Part shown: positions 35,707-49,124 of the stretch, in pieces | How positions within the stretch are numbered: the stretch's first letter is position 1 | Layout: every line of letters starts with the position of its first letter | Assembly: GCA_964304625.1 (NCBI GenBank) | Contig: OZ199839.1 | Coordinates: 7,349,779-7,413,778 of the forward strand | Reading direction: 5' to 3' | DNA from: Kudoa neothunni | Taxonomy: Eukaryota; Animalia; Cnidaria | Length of the DNA stretch: 64,000 bases | Notes under the pieces: generated by a model | The model's database searches: none | Seen by the model: only the letters and a program-made list of their open reading frames with translations | Told to the model about the DNA's origin: nothing | Translations under genes and position numbers: made by a program

Positions 35707-37936
35707 TTTTTTGCACGATATTGTTATTGTATTAAATTATAATTTACATAAAAACAGATTTTCTTTTTTATTTTTTTTTCATTTATCACATTTTTTTCTG
35801 GTCTATTTACGGCGTTTTTATTTCTTTAAAACTTGTGTTTAAGATCGATGCGTTATCAGCCTATTAAAGTTGGGTTAAAATCTTCATAATTACAATAATG
35901 CTCGTTCATATGTAATCTTTAATCAGCGTTTTCTAATTGAGACTTTCTGAATCCATCATGGCTCCATTGCGAATTAGATAAAAAACTAATTTGGTGATAT
36001 TTACTTCGTGTGTTTATTATTATTTTTATTTCTCTGAATTTAGATGTGGGAAATTCGCATTAAAGAAATAACGAATTGTTCAGTCCAATTCTATTTAACT
36101 TAAACGCTGAAATTGGCGCGAAAACGTTAGAATATAAAATTGAATTGAATTTAAATAATTTATAATCTTACCCAATAGAAATAATAGTTGCTTAATTTTT
36201 ATAGTTATTTCCTTTTGATATAAAAAATTAAAGTCAAAAATTTAATTTTGCATATACAGAGGGCGAACGGAATTTTTAATGCTTTATAGATTGTGTAGAT
36301 GATTTGGGTTGGGATAAATGATCTTCATTTATTTTTGTTTTCACTCACAATATTACTTTGATTTTGGTAATTCAAAATTCAATCATAATAATAAATTTTA
36401 TATTATAAAACTATTAATTTGAAATATAGAAATAAACTATACATGTAAACTTTTTTGTCTGTCGGTCCCCTACCTAAGTAAGCATGTACAGCATAATTTA
36501 CCCTGGTAGAACAACAGTTTATACACCTAAAAATTAATAAGAACAAAAAATTCTTTTATTTGTTTTGAAACTTCATACGTTATGAAATAATTTAAAATGA
36601 CTATTTTATAGATTTAAAAATTGTGAAGCGGATTATACCACTTGAATTTTAAGATTAAATTCGCCTATTTCGGAGTAATTGTCATTTGAAGTTAGCGCCC
36701 TTTTTATATATTAAAATCACTTATTAATGTAACTATATTAGCAGTCTCTATAGATTAGTTGTGTGCGAATGTTTGTAGAAATGAGCGTATTAATTATTCA
36801 TTCCGTTCAAAAGAGATTAATCCTAACGATAAGAATTAATTTCAGTAAATTTTCAGCTAGCTGTTCAAGTCATAATAAATAGAACTTTATTTTATAAAGC
36901 TCATAAAATGATTTAATTTCGCGCATCACATTCTCTCTAGAAAGAGAATTTAAAACCAATATTTAGTTAATACTTTCTTCTGTGGATTAAAACATTTTTC
37001 TAAGCGATTTATCACAGCAAAGTACGACAAATTTCAAGAGAAGCTGGAAAGTTTTCTCTATTATGATAAGGAATTCGTTGATATGAAAGAATAATCTACA
37101 CATAAAGCTAAAATAATATCTGAAATGCAACACTTTTTATTTTAAGATATTCAGTTAATAATTTAAAGAATAATTCAATTTAAAATATCGATTAATCTAA
37201 ATATAAACCCTCGTATTATTTATATTTTTTTTTATTCTATACGGGGTTTGAAAACAAAGAGACTGTTTTTAACATATCTCAAAATACTCATTGATTTGTA
37301 ATTCGACTATTAAAATTAATTCAACCAAAATCGCAACGTATTTATGCATGAATTAAAAGTATTTTATCATGCCTTTATCACAGTAGTAATTCATAAATAA
37401 ATGAACCATTAATATCTACAACATTCTACATATTTATTATAGGACAAAGATTCTTGATTATTCATATGTTAAAGTAGCACAAAAAGAACCTATTTTTTAA
37501 AATATAACACTTTAAACTCAAATAATATACCACGTTGATTATACAAATATTTTATCATCTTTATATTAAACATATGCCATCAAATTATATATTAAGGATT
37601 AATACCAGGTAAAAAATGTCGTAATATTATATTGATCATGTGACAAATCTGCCGAAAAATTATTAAATTTCATAAATTAGATTAATATGTGTAGTTTCTG
37701 AATATTTTTATTCGTAATTTTATTTCAAAATTTTTGATGAATCTAATTTTAAGAAATAAAAATTACGTAAAGTAAGCTGTAACCCTCAAAATTGATTTTA
37801 TATCTTCTAGTCTAATATAAAATGACAACAGAACTTCGTGACCAAAAATCATGCGCTAAGATTAACGTTTTTGCAATTTATTTTAGCATTCAGGAAGAAA
37901 AATAAAATTCAATGGAAAATACGCACTTATAAACAG

Positions 37937-40900
37937 TCAATTAAACGGATGGATTTTTACAGTAGTAGATTCACATAGTTGCACTAATCCCTTGGTGAGA
38001 AGAAAAACTTCGTCATAATTGCAGTGGACAGCGAAAAGGATATCAACTAAGCATTGAGGCAGCAATTGGAACATATCTGTAGCAGTCTTGACGGTGCTGC
38101 TGAAGGTGACAGTACCAGCATTTGACCAAGGCACGCAGGACAATCTTAGCTCACAAATAATATCCACACGTTGGTCATTTTGACAGTTTAATTCGCTCTC
38201 GCGCGGACAATAAAGAGTGAAAGAATTGTTGGGAAATTTGGTTAGAACATAAAAATTCTTATGTTCAGCCAGTTTTCTATCGAAAACCACACAATGGAAA
38301 GGTACAGTGAGATGGCCGATAGACTGAAATTTGTGAATTGTCGCATTTGATTGATGTGGCGAAATGATGCGAACCATGGTGTATTTATAGTCGTCCGCAA
38401 AACATATAGGCACATTGGCAATCATATACACCCATGTGGACCAATTCAGAAAGTGATGAAGTTTTGAGGGGAAATCCTTTTCATGAGGCGCGCCACTGTT
38501 GCTGTTGTTATCAGATACTCCAAAACCATTCGAATCTAGATCAGCAAGAAAACTTTGTTGGGTTGAAACCAAATTTTTGATAAGAGAATTATGTTCGAGA
38601 GAATGACCGCCGATCTCGGAGGGGGTGATATTTGAAAGAAATATTTTCACACAAACTTGAATAATATCGCACACTTTGCTATATGACGGATATGAGGATG
38701 TGAGGAGAGACATATTGAGGTCGGTTTGATTTTCACATTCCAACATCAACAGCAATCCATACAATGTGGCCATACTCAGATAATGTCCCATCATATGGAG
38801 TAGTAATTTGTAGGAGTGAAATTGGAGATAAGAGAAATTATTTCGATGCAGAAAATTGATGACTTTGGAGTAGAGCATCACTGATTTGGAAATAAAGCTG
38901 CAATCTAACACACTATTGTTGTTGTAGTTGTCGACTGTGTAAGATTCAATCCAATGTTGAACATAACAGCAAAATTCACTCAATAACTCAATAAATTCAA
39001 TATGAAATTTGACCACATGGGACAAATATGAGCTTTCGTTGTCCAAATGATTTTTGGTAAGGTTAGATCTAACTATGGCAACATTGCTGGAATAGGAATT
39101 CAACTCCACAGTCTGAACCGTTTCAGTTGTAGTCGTATCGGTTTTATCCCAAGTCAAAAGGGACCCAGCTAGAAATTGCATTTGGTAGTTGAACAGCTGT
39201 TTGAAGTTGATCACTATTTCTTGGTTGGATTTGTCCGGATTATCGGTGATATTCAAAAATGATAACGACTCCAAATAGTTGTAGGAAATGTTGCCCTCAT
39301 TGAAAACTATATTTGGTACCAAATTGTGGTACATATTCCTGAGGAAAGAGTGGTGTTTCGAACAGTATTTAGGTAGCAAGGTCATCAGCGGTGGATAACT
39401 GTAGGCAGCATTGAACATAAGAATGGCCAACGCCACATACACATTGTCACTGAGAAGTGGTTGAGGATTTATATAGAATGGATGTATTAGAATGAGTGAG
39501 TAGATCATAGCGGGAACGTAGTATCCGTGTCTTAGTCCAAATTGTTGACAACAGCGCCATATACTCCATTTATCTTCAGGATAGTTTATGAGATTGTTTT
39601 TCAAGGCACTAACCACCGTGAATAGCGAAAGTGACGACGATAGTTTCGCATTCTGTAACAAACAATACACTTGATTTCTAATATTTGATGACACATCAGA
39701 CAATGCTTCCAGTGCAGCATACAACTGATGGTCGCTTAATTCAAATCGATTCATGCTTCCAAAATCTAAATTCAATTCATTTGAACAATTAAAATGCGAC
39801 AACAACCAACTAAAGAAGTTGTTACTGGATGGCAGCATTGGTTCATTAGAAGACACCAGATCGAAGCTATTATCCAACTTTAAAATTTTCCCCGGCTCAC
39901 CCACATCATGCACGTAACGGTTGTCTGCGTAAGATGAAGACGACCCGTGAATAGACATAAGTGCCGTCAACTTCTGAATAGCTTCAAAACGTACATGAGG
40001 TACCGAATCGTTGATAGACGAGATCAAAAGATCACAAGCATTGCTTAAGAATTCGCTGGCTACGTTATTAGATTTGTCGATCCGTGCAGCCAAACTATAC
40101 AGAGTATCGATAGCGGCTGTGCGTATCTCTTGGAATTCCACCTCAAGAACATCAATAAATGTTCCCACATGACTTCTTCTTTTGAGACTTGCATTGATAG
40201 TTAATGAAGTAGGTTTTTGATTGTTTGTTTTTGATTTGACAGCATGCTTGGTATTGATGTTGAAATCGGTTGATTTGTTTTTGCTGGAATTCTTACAACT
40301 GTTGCCATCATCGGATACATTTAACTCGACGTTATCCATGTTGAACTCATAGTCGCATCTGTTATGCTCTTTGGCAGAAACTGCTCTATCGCCACCAACT
40401 GAAGTGGTGTTATCATTACCAATGACAATGTTTGTTGTGATGGTGGAAGAAGGTTTACGTGAATGACTGCTGATTTTCTCGGCTCCTAACTCGACATTAT
40501 AATCTTTGCAGCTTTGGTTGTTTTTGGTAGGGGCTGTCACTTCATCAAAAATCATTCCGTAACGTTCACGTTGTTGCTGATGAAAAGATTTTTTTGTCTT
40601 GTGATTGGAAACCAACTCTTTCACCACACACTCCTCCATACACTCAGAGGTGATGGGAAAAATATTTTTGAGGCTGATGAGAGCTTTGTGTTGTATGTTG
40701 GTGGAGTTATCACATCGAATAACACCACACAAATTAATAAAGATATCGTCAGCCAAATAGAGCACATTTGATTTGGAATCGCATTCCAACATCTTGTCAC
40801 GACTTTCCTCGTAATAGAGCATTGATTTAATTTTAGTAGAACCCATGTACTGCGCCAATACAGCATTCAAATCAACCGCTAACAGCCTAACATTCTCATT

Positions 40901-41925
40901 ATCGTGCTCTAATAGCTCACAAAAGGTGAGATAGGTTCGAAAATCAACACTCAACTGTTCCGCCTCCAAAATCTTAGTGATTACTTCCAACACACTACAC
41001 ACAATTGAGGAAGTATTATTTTTTAGGTAGTTGACCAATAATTGAAGAAATATCGCTCCATCTCGTAAAAAAATATATCTGCACGATAGATGGTTGATCT
41101 GATCGATCGTCACTTTGGTGGCAAAACTCTTATAAGATACATTTTCCATGGTGACATTAGTCACATTTGTGGTTGAAGTTTTTAAAGTTTTACATTGATT
41201 AGGCGTTTTAGCCGAATGTATCGACATGTAGAGCTCGCCCAAAAATTCAACAGAATGTGAAAATATCGTTGAATTTTTAGTGTTGTTGATTAATTCAATG
41301 GCCACATCCACAAAGCCACTCAGTAAACTCAATCCAATCTAAACACAATTAAATACGTGGTATCTCAATCGGAAAAATTTACAAAATTTTTCGACAACAA
41401 CTCGCTTATCAAACACAAAATTTTAGCTTTTATCGTGTTAGATTCGTGATGGTGAATCAAAAATTCAAATTGAATCATCATTGGTTGCCAAGTGATAAAC
41501 GAAAAATCAACCAACTTCATTAGAATTCTAGTGGCCAACAGATGCACACTTTTAAAGTAGAATTTTGATGATTTGATGTAACGTAAATTTCTCTGTGATA
41601 ACTGTGCCATGGGAGGCACCATATCCATACCAACACTATCTTTTCCGCCAACACATCTAATGCCCATTGTGTGGTAGAGGAGATTTTTCGAAAAATTATT
41701 GATCATATTTTTCATTCGAGGATTCTGATGTATATTCTCTTTTGTATTCGTACCAAAATGATGCAATATAGTCAACAGACGACGTATTTGTTGCGATTCC
41801 GTCATCATTTCAAATGAAATCAATTGGAGTGAGCTGAAGAATGATTTCACATCGGGTTTTTCATCATTATCAATATTATTAAATTCCTGCAATTCTCCAT
41901 TACTAAAATGTTCTTGTTTGAGCAT
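37937..41925 (-). CDS. INTS4: Integrator complex subunit 4 (HEAT-repeat scaffold)
   Basis: ORFs 41365-41925 and 37937-41332 join in frame through a 44-nt GT-AG intron (41339-41382). INTS4-like blocks: LADDIFINLCGVI, VGTFIDVLEVEFQEIRTAAIDTL, LLISSINDSVPHVRFEAI, YPEDKWSIWRC..FGLRH, HPFYINPQPLLSDNVYVALAILMFNAA, HSFLRNMYHNLVP and C-terminal VKIHP. Confidence 0.85.
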
Positions 41926-42660
41926 TGGCGTTAACTATCTTGAGCAGAAACGTTTTATTAATCGCGCCTGCGCTGATAGTAAATTGGTCTCAGATAAGCT
42001 CTTTCGTCTCCACCCCTTCGAATTTTTAATGTCGCTTTTTATATTCAAAATTAATAAATGTTAATACGAATATAATTTATCCTTAAAAGATACAAATTTT
42101 TAAATATTTAATTCAATATCGTGTTTCCAATATAATTCTTATATAATTTAAATATTTTATTATCCATGTTATACAATTTATGAACATATAACCGTTTTTT
42201 CGAAATAAAATATTTTTTTGATATAGCATAATTTTAGTGTCTGCTTAACTTATTGAGTACACGTAAGTCGAGCTCCTTCCGAACAAAATAGGATATATTT
42301 GAAATCCAGATTCATATTTTAATTTATGTTTAAAATGGTATTTACTATCCAATTGAAAAATTTAGAGATAAAAGTTAAATGAGCTCATCAATAATTCTAG
42401 TTTAAACCGTCGTGTGTACATACGTGTACAGTGCAACCTCGGAGTTCGACCAAAAATTTTGATTCAGAAATATTTTTGAGTTCAAAACATAGAAAGGATA
42501 TTCAGAAAAAATCCAGTTGGAGTAAAAATCAAAGAAGAAAAGATATTCAAGAAGAAGAGTTGCTCAATCTAATCGTGCGAATGTCATCGAAAGAGAATAC
42601 TTTATAATCTATCGTATGACAACCAAAAAATATTTATCCTATATTTCATTTTTATTATTA

Positions 42661-42709
42661 TATTTTAAATTTATTTTTCATATTTTAAATTTATTTTTCA
42701 TATTTTAAA
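42661..42709 (+). repeat. 20-bp tandem duplication (~2.4 copies)
   Basis: TATTTTAAATTTATTTTTCA twice, then TATTTTAAA. Confidence 0.8.
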
Positions 42710-43039
42710 ATCACAAGGCATGCAGGTTTTTCATTATTTAGCTCATATAACAAAATGAAAAAATATCTTTAAATAAATAATATTTTTATCTTTTCTTTAA
42801 AAATGAAGATAAAATCACAATCAACCCCCAAAATCTACGCATTTACTAATTATTAACTTTTAAAATATTTATTATTACGAACTACCAAATAAAATTACAA
42901 TATTAGAGATATTTCGTTATATAATTCAGAATATCTCATAAAATAGGGGAAACAGAGTAATATCACGAAATCGTAATATACATGACAATAAGAGTTACTT
43001 TTTATAATATATAGTTTAATCTGATTAATATAACAAGTA

Positions 43040-43791
43040 CTGGCGCGAATTCCTCGGTTTCGCTAGGGATTAGGAATATTTTATCACAGAGGAACATGTT
43101 TTATAATAAAACAATTAATCCTTTCAACTGACCAAAGAAGAAACCGAATTAACCTTCTTTGATTGTGATTATTTATCGATAAAATTCCATTTGTATTAAT
43201 CTTATATTTCTTTCATTATTACTTGGTTATTAATTCGATATCCTAATCAACATATTTTACATTATATCCAGAAATTACCTAAAAACTTGTAAGTTTCTGG
43301 GATTTAAAACTTTCATGGGATAACATAATTGATTATCTCATTTACTCATTTATTCATATACGGTAACGGTGAAACTGTCGTAAAATATGTAGTTAACTTA
43401 ATACAATTTAAAAATATTAGACTTTTCCTAGAATATTAGTGCCACAAGCCGCCTTGAAATTTCCTTTTGTGAAAAAAATACAATATAAATTAATGTAAAA
43501 GGATTTGATAACAGTTTATTAAAAACAATGAGATATTACGAATAATTAGCTCATTAGCGCAATAAACCCATTCAAACTGCGCCCCAAAATGTCAATTTAT
43601 TCGAACGTTACACATTAACATTAAATCAAACCGAACTATCAAGTAAAAGCATCATTTTATAGGCACTAAAAACCTGTCTCATAACTTTCTTATTATTAGG
43701 TGTAATATCGTTTGTCTACGCGGGCGTTCAGCATAAATATTCTTTGGCATTATTATTTTCGTTCATATTATTTCAATCGTATTGTATCGTA

Positions 43792-43823
<32 letters not shown>

Positions 43824-43833
43824 TAAATATGGG
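43040..43833 (-). mobile_element. Degenerate Helitron (copy H4); 5' end uncertain
   Basis: The minus-strand 3' end AATCCCTAGCGAAACCGAGGAATTCGCGCCAG|T resembles the H1-H3 terminus, with CCAG in place of CTAG. Candidate 5' end A|TCCCATATTTAATATATA near 43833. Confidence 0.45.
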
Positions 43834-43913
43834 ATATTTAAATTGGTGGAAAAGAAAAAAACATAGTGAATAAATATGAGAAAAATATTTCACACGTAAT
43901 GATAAATGATAAA

Positions 43914-44988
43914 TCAACGACTGGAATTGAAATGTGTGGTCGAATTTTCGAATATAAAAAGTGCGCAATCACACAAAAATGCATTGAGCTTGTTATCCTT
44001 ATTGAGCTGCTGGAATCGCTCGTACAAACACTCATAGTCAGGTTCCATATTGTACACTACAGTTGGGTAATTGGGTGAAACAAATGAACACATTCATTGT
44101 CAATTTACATTTGTATTTTTTATCCTCTATTCCAATAATCATGCTAAATGTTTGTTGTTGTGTTAGTGGATTGGTGAACTGTATTTTTAGTTTGCCTAAA
44201 AATGTAGTTGTCAATAGCTCGGAACAAAACAACCAGTCTAATCAATTATCCGTCAGTTTATGATGAATAAGAGATAAATGACGGATGTATTACCATAGAT
44301 TTTGGATATTTCAAGACACAACAATTTTGTTATGCAATGGTACATGAGTTGTTTATGAGCAAGTTTTTTCCTTAACTCCTCCAGCATCAAAGTAGATTTT
44401 GATTCATTATCAAAATTTGGGTCGCTGAAACGTGAATCTAAATCACAGCTGTGTAATCACCATCAAAATTCAATTACATTTACTTTCTTTGTTGGAAACT
44501 AATTCTAGATCAAAAAAATCCATGTTGGACGAGAGTTTCGAATTGGAATTATGAGATTCCAGAATTGAATTATTTGAAATCGAGGTTCTTCCCGACAATG
44601 ATATTTCTTCTAACAGATCTATTATTAGTTAACTCAGATGGATGGCCGAAGAAAGAGCTAAACCCTTTTCTAGACATTTTTGTTTTGATTCCAACAGATA
44701 GATTTGTTTCTTTTTTTCTTTGATAGATTCTACAAATAATATGAGCATCGAATTGATTATTATTAGAACAATATGGTTCAACAAATAACGATCTCTATTA
44801 CTCTCTGATTTTTTCAATTGATGCAACAAAGATCCATGATGAAAGTTTTTCAATATCCTGCTACAAACCCTGCTATCGTTAGTTTTAATTTCGGAACATA
44901 TTTTTAACAGTTTGTTCCAACAATTATCAATTTCATCTAACTTCTCGTCATTCATATACCTAAAAGTTGGTGTCATCACTCGCTGCAT
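43914..44988 (-). CDS. SPC25: Kinetochore NDC80-complex subunit SPC25 (multi-exon; ATG at 44988, 44976 or 44955)
   Basis: N-terminal MNDEKLDEIDNCWNKL then coiled coil. The spliced C-terminus KLLCLEISKIYG|KLKIQFTNP..TFSMIIGIEDKKYK|LYNMEPDYECLYERFQQLNKDNKLNAFLCD matches the Spc25 RWD pattern (LGLEIRKIYGEKLQFIFTNI..Y.V...P....TNNFSAFL). Stop TGA at 43914-43916. Confidence 0.8.
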
Positions 44989-45117
44989 CAAAAGATTAAA
45001 AATCGGAAATTTTACATCAGTATTTGATAGTAAAAATTAACTTTTTAGTTATAAGGTTATCTCACTACAAAAAATGGATTCAGTGGCAGGAACTTTACAG
45101 GTGCAATTATCTAGAGC

Positions 45118-45161
45118 AGGCGCAAGGCGGCAATACGTCTGCGCGCGCGTTTGCGGCGAAA
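45118..45161 (-). promoter_or_regulatory. CpG-rich element with an E2F-like site upstream of SPC25
   Basis: Minus strand TTTCGCCGCAAACGCGCGCGC, about 150-200 bp upstream of the SPC25 ATG, in otherwise CpG-poor DNA. Confidence 0.35.
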
Positions 45162-45931
45162 CATTAATTTAGTCTTAATCATTTCTTAGCACAAGTTAGT
45201 TTATCTTAAATAATTATTTTATTCTATGTAAAATAAAATAGATTTTTATTTTGGTTGTGTTTGAATCGCAGGACCAATTTCTAATATTGGATTATTATCG
45301 TTAATCGGTTCGTTAGATCTTGTTCCCCAAATAATTAAGTTAAATTAGGTTATAGTTTATTTGCGAGTTTCACAATGGGTTATAAATTCTTAAAAATTAT
45401 TTAATGTACCATGTATGCGATTATAATTTTAAAATTTCACGTTAACCCTTGCGCGATAATGTATTCAGATTTAAATTGAATATATTTAATGTAATTGTCA
45501 TGAATTCGCAAAAAATCTTTAAACCTATTTAGTATTTTAATATAAGGTCTTTAATGGGATTCAAACATGTGTTATCAACATTTAAACGAGCTGGTATCAC
45601 ATTGCTCTCAAGTGTGACACATGTGATGTGTGGATATTAACTTTTATAATATATACGTTACAATTAGGATTTGAATAATCCAAATTTGAACAACTACTAT
45701 TATAATCGTGCGAAATGAGTTCAAGTCGGCACCTCCAAACCTTGAGTTTTTCATTTTAACCTTCTAAATAGCTGGAAAATTTACACCCTCTACATAAAAA
45801 TGAAGTAGAAATCCACCCCACTTTTTTAGTTGATAAAATTTCCTCAAATGTAAGTCATCATTGAGTGACAAAATATGAGTAAAATTCATCGAGTAAATTT
45901 TGAATAAATAACCGATTATTAAAGTTAATTT

Positions 45932-46052
45932 CAGGAATGGCAAATTCATGAGTTTCGTACGTGTTCTTTCACAAGAACAAAAATTGTTACATGTAAAAAC
46001 GAACGAAACCATAATTTTTAAATTTTTTGAACGAACGAAATCGCCGCCCCTG
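45932..46052. mobile_element. Small hAT-type MITE
   Basis: CAGGAATGGCAAATTC ... GAAATCGCCGCCCCTG termini, AACGAAC-type subterminal repeats, flanks GTTAATTT / GTTAGATT (6/8). Confidence 0.5.
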
Positions 46053-46994
46053 GTTAGATTCTATGTGTGCGTGCGCGTACACTAATGTTTTTACATTTTT
46101 GTGGAATATGATTGTATTCATAGGTGTATTCCTGTGGTTTTTTAGTTTTAACATTTAATTCAAGTTTTACAACAGCTGCCAATTAATCTATCTTATTTTA
46201 AACAACGTAGTGTAAACTGCGCAGAAAAACACAAAACTTGTCAAAATGTTGAAAAATTATATCATGTCTTTTTAATTCTCTCTACAGCGTAGAAATAAAC
46301 ACACTGATGAAATGTCATCGTATTTTGGTAATGGGGGAGTATACGCCTCACCGAATTTGACCTTTTGCGTATGTCCGACATGTCCGACATTCCCGATTTT
46401 GATTTCATTGTTTAAAACACTTTTTTAAATATTGAGAGAAATAAAAAAATTCACAAAATCAAAATTTTAAAAATATCCAAACCAAATTAAATCGATAAAT
46501 TAGTCTTTAATCTCTCAGAATTTTATAAACAAAGTGATGATTTATCCTTACAAGATCATATTGAATTGTTTTGCTTGAAAATTGTTTGACGTAATACCGA
46601 TGTAAAATATTTAATGAATATGATGATGATGATGAATACATCCTGAAATATTGACTGCGTTTCTCAAAATTAAAAATAATTTTATTAATATAATCGATTC
46701 ATTGATTTTTTATTGAGTTAGAGTCGAATTTTAGTTTAATATGATTGTTCAACTGTTTATTTACTCAATAAAATTTAAATTTTAAAATTCGTCACTAATA
46801 TAAAATGCGCGTTAATAATCGTTACATTTTTGGAACTATTTAACTGACGTGGTAAGGTGAGCGATATCTCTAGTCAACGACAATTTTATAAATTATTGTT
46901 GAATAATAATGCGTTAATCGATTATTTAACCGCGAAACGATTGACCCAAGAACTTCCGACCAGATGAAAAATTTCCATAAATACAACACTGAAA

Positions 46995-47700
46995 GTGAAC
47001 ATAGTTCAGCGAAAAAGGAGATCGATCGACCCTGATAATGATTTAATTTACGATGCGCTCGAAAGAATAACCTATAAATGCTCAAAGTTTATAGAATTAT
47101 ATATTTCTTTTTTTATATTCCTAAGAAAAAATTGTAGAACAACGTTTTCACCACGTAACAACACTTTTTTTGCCATAACCAATTGTTTGGGACAAAACTC
47201 TTCGAAACTGACAATATCCCATGTATTCGAACTTGTTTATCTCTGGTGTGTTGGAGAACAACGATGTTCCATAATGAATTTGATGGGCATCAGTAATAAA
47301 ACTGTTTCGTTTCGGTTTTCTTCCCTCAGGAGTGTCTGTACTCGAACTTTCGATAGTCACGACAAATTTGGTGACAAAAACACGATCTTTGAGATCGACG
47401 AAAGTTTGCTGAGAGGTAAGCGGAAGAATAATAGGGGCCGTTCCCTCCAAATGGATCATTGAAGACACAATGCCCCTGACGATGCTTATCTACCTAGTGA
47501 CTCTGAGGATGATGATGATGATGGTAACCACACAAATACAGTAGAAGTGGTCTGGCATCACTTAAAAACGAAGGTACTACACAGAATGAGTGAGGTGCCT
47601 AGGTCTATGCTTAATTCTTACTTTCACGTAGAATGGCTAAGATCAAAACACAGGAATATATGGGAATTTTTCGAGTTCATTTTGAGCTCAATTTCTGATA
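46995..47700 (+). pseudogene. Merlin transposase pseudogene
   Basis: FEIDESLLRGKRKNNRGR (first Asp motif) and HTNTVEVVWHHLK..MLNSYF (catalytic Glu region). The central catalytic Asp region is missing and stops are present. Confidence 0.82.
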
Positions 47701-48018
47701 TAAACTCTATACATTAACCTGAAATTTATTACTTTTTCTTCGATATTATTTAGTGTTTACTTTTTATGTGAATAGAGTGTATATATATGTACATTAATTG
47801 TTATATTTATCAAAAGATAGCATCGTTAATTACAGATACATCTTAAACATAAAAAATTTACCTTCGAGGAAAGTTTAAAAATGTTTTGCTTTAAGTTTGG
47901 ACGATTAATTCATATGAACTTTATATTACAAAGGATCCAATTAATAACAAATAAAATTTGTTCATACTATATGCATATTTAACATTGTAGCATCAATATA
48001 TAAATATTGCACAAAAAA

Positions 48019-48681
48019 TCTACTATATAAAGCAAACCGGAAATCCGTGTGTGTACGCATTTTCCATTCTTTATAGAGGGACATATCGCTCCATTTAAGC
48101 ACACATATGGAAAGATAAAATTTTATTTTAACTCAGAAAAATACAAAAAAAATTATAAAAGATTTGCATCCTACAAAATGACTGAAAACATTTTCACGTG
48201 ATATGATTGGTTTGATTTGAGGATTTATGCAAACATATAGATCATTTTGTTAAAGTTTTCAAAGTTAATTTTAAACGTACCGGAGTGTTTATTTTACTTT
48301 AAAACTATTGAAAAGTAATTTAATAATTGAATTAGTTCAAATAAGGAAGGTAATATTAGGTTATATAGCCAAGCATTAATATGAAATTTATTTGTTGATG
48401 TTTGACAAGGTTAGTCCAATTCATATCGTATGATTCAGAGATTACTGCAAACAACAAGAAAATCGATTTTTAAGAGCTCTAAATAGGAAATTTATACGCT
48501 CAATAGTGTTTATTCGTTTTTAAAAATATTAAATAAGGTTCATGCGTCCAATCAGTTAAATAATTCATCCGTTAATTGGGTAATCTTTGTACTATGTATC
48601 TAAACACTCTAAATTTACTTCGAACCTCAAATTACCTTGGCTTGGCAAGGAAGCCCAAGCCAAGCGGGGCTTATGCGCTAG
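48019..48681 (+). mobile_element. Non-autonomous Helitron (copy H3) nested in Merlin
   Basis: 5' A|TCTACTATATAAAGC..CCGTGTGTG; 3' GGAAGCCCAAGCCAAGCGGGGCTTATGCGCTAG|T. Confidence 0.85.
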
Positions 48682-49093
48682 TTGTAATATATATACGAGA
48701 ATATAGAGAATCAATTTGTTTCATGTATGATTTGAAAACTGTAACTCCATATACCCTTCCATATATATATATATATATATATATTTAAATAATCAGTCAA
48801 AACTTTCCATATATGAATATATTTAAAGTGTGTTTTCATCAGACTACACATGAAGATTCAAAAAATCTACTCGGTCGACCTCATATGGAATGTAAACAAA
48901 ATTATAACGCGTTATATTCTATTAGAGCACGATTCTAACAGAAATGTCCAAAGGAATTAGAATAAAATCATACTCACGAGGTATTATTTCTAAATTCTAT
49001 CATTAATCAGAACGCTTAATGGAATATAAAAATTAAAAAAAACTAAAAATATTTCAAAGCAATGTTTTTACAATTCTATATTAATTTTCGATT

Positions 49094-49124
<31 letters not shown>

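Noticed and set aside
40514-40866. ORFs 40514-40771 and 40621-40866
   Set aside because: Shadow frames within the INTS4 exon.
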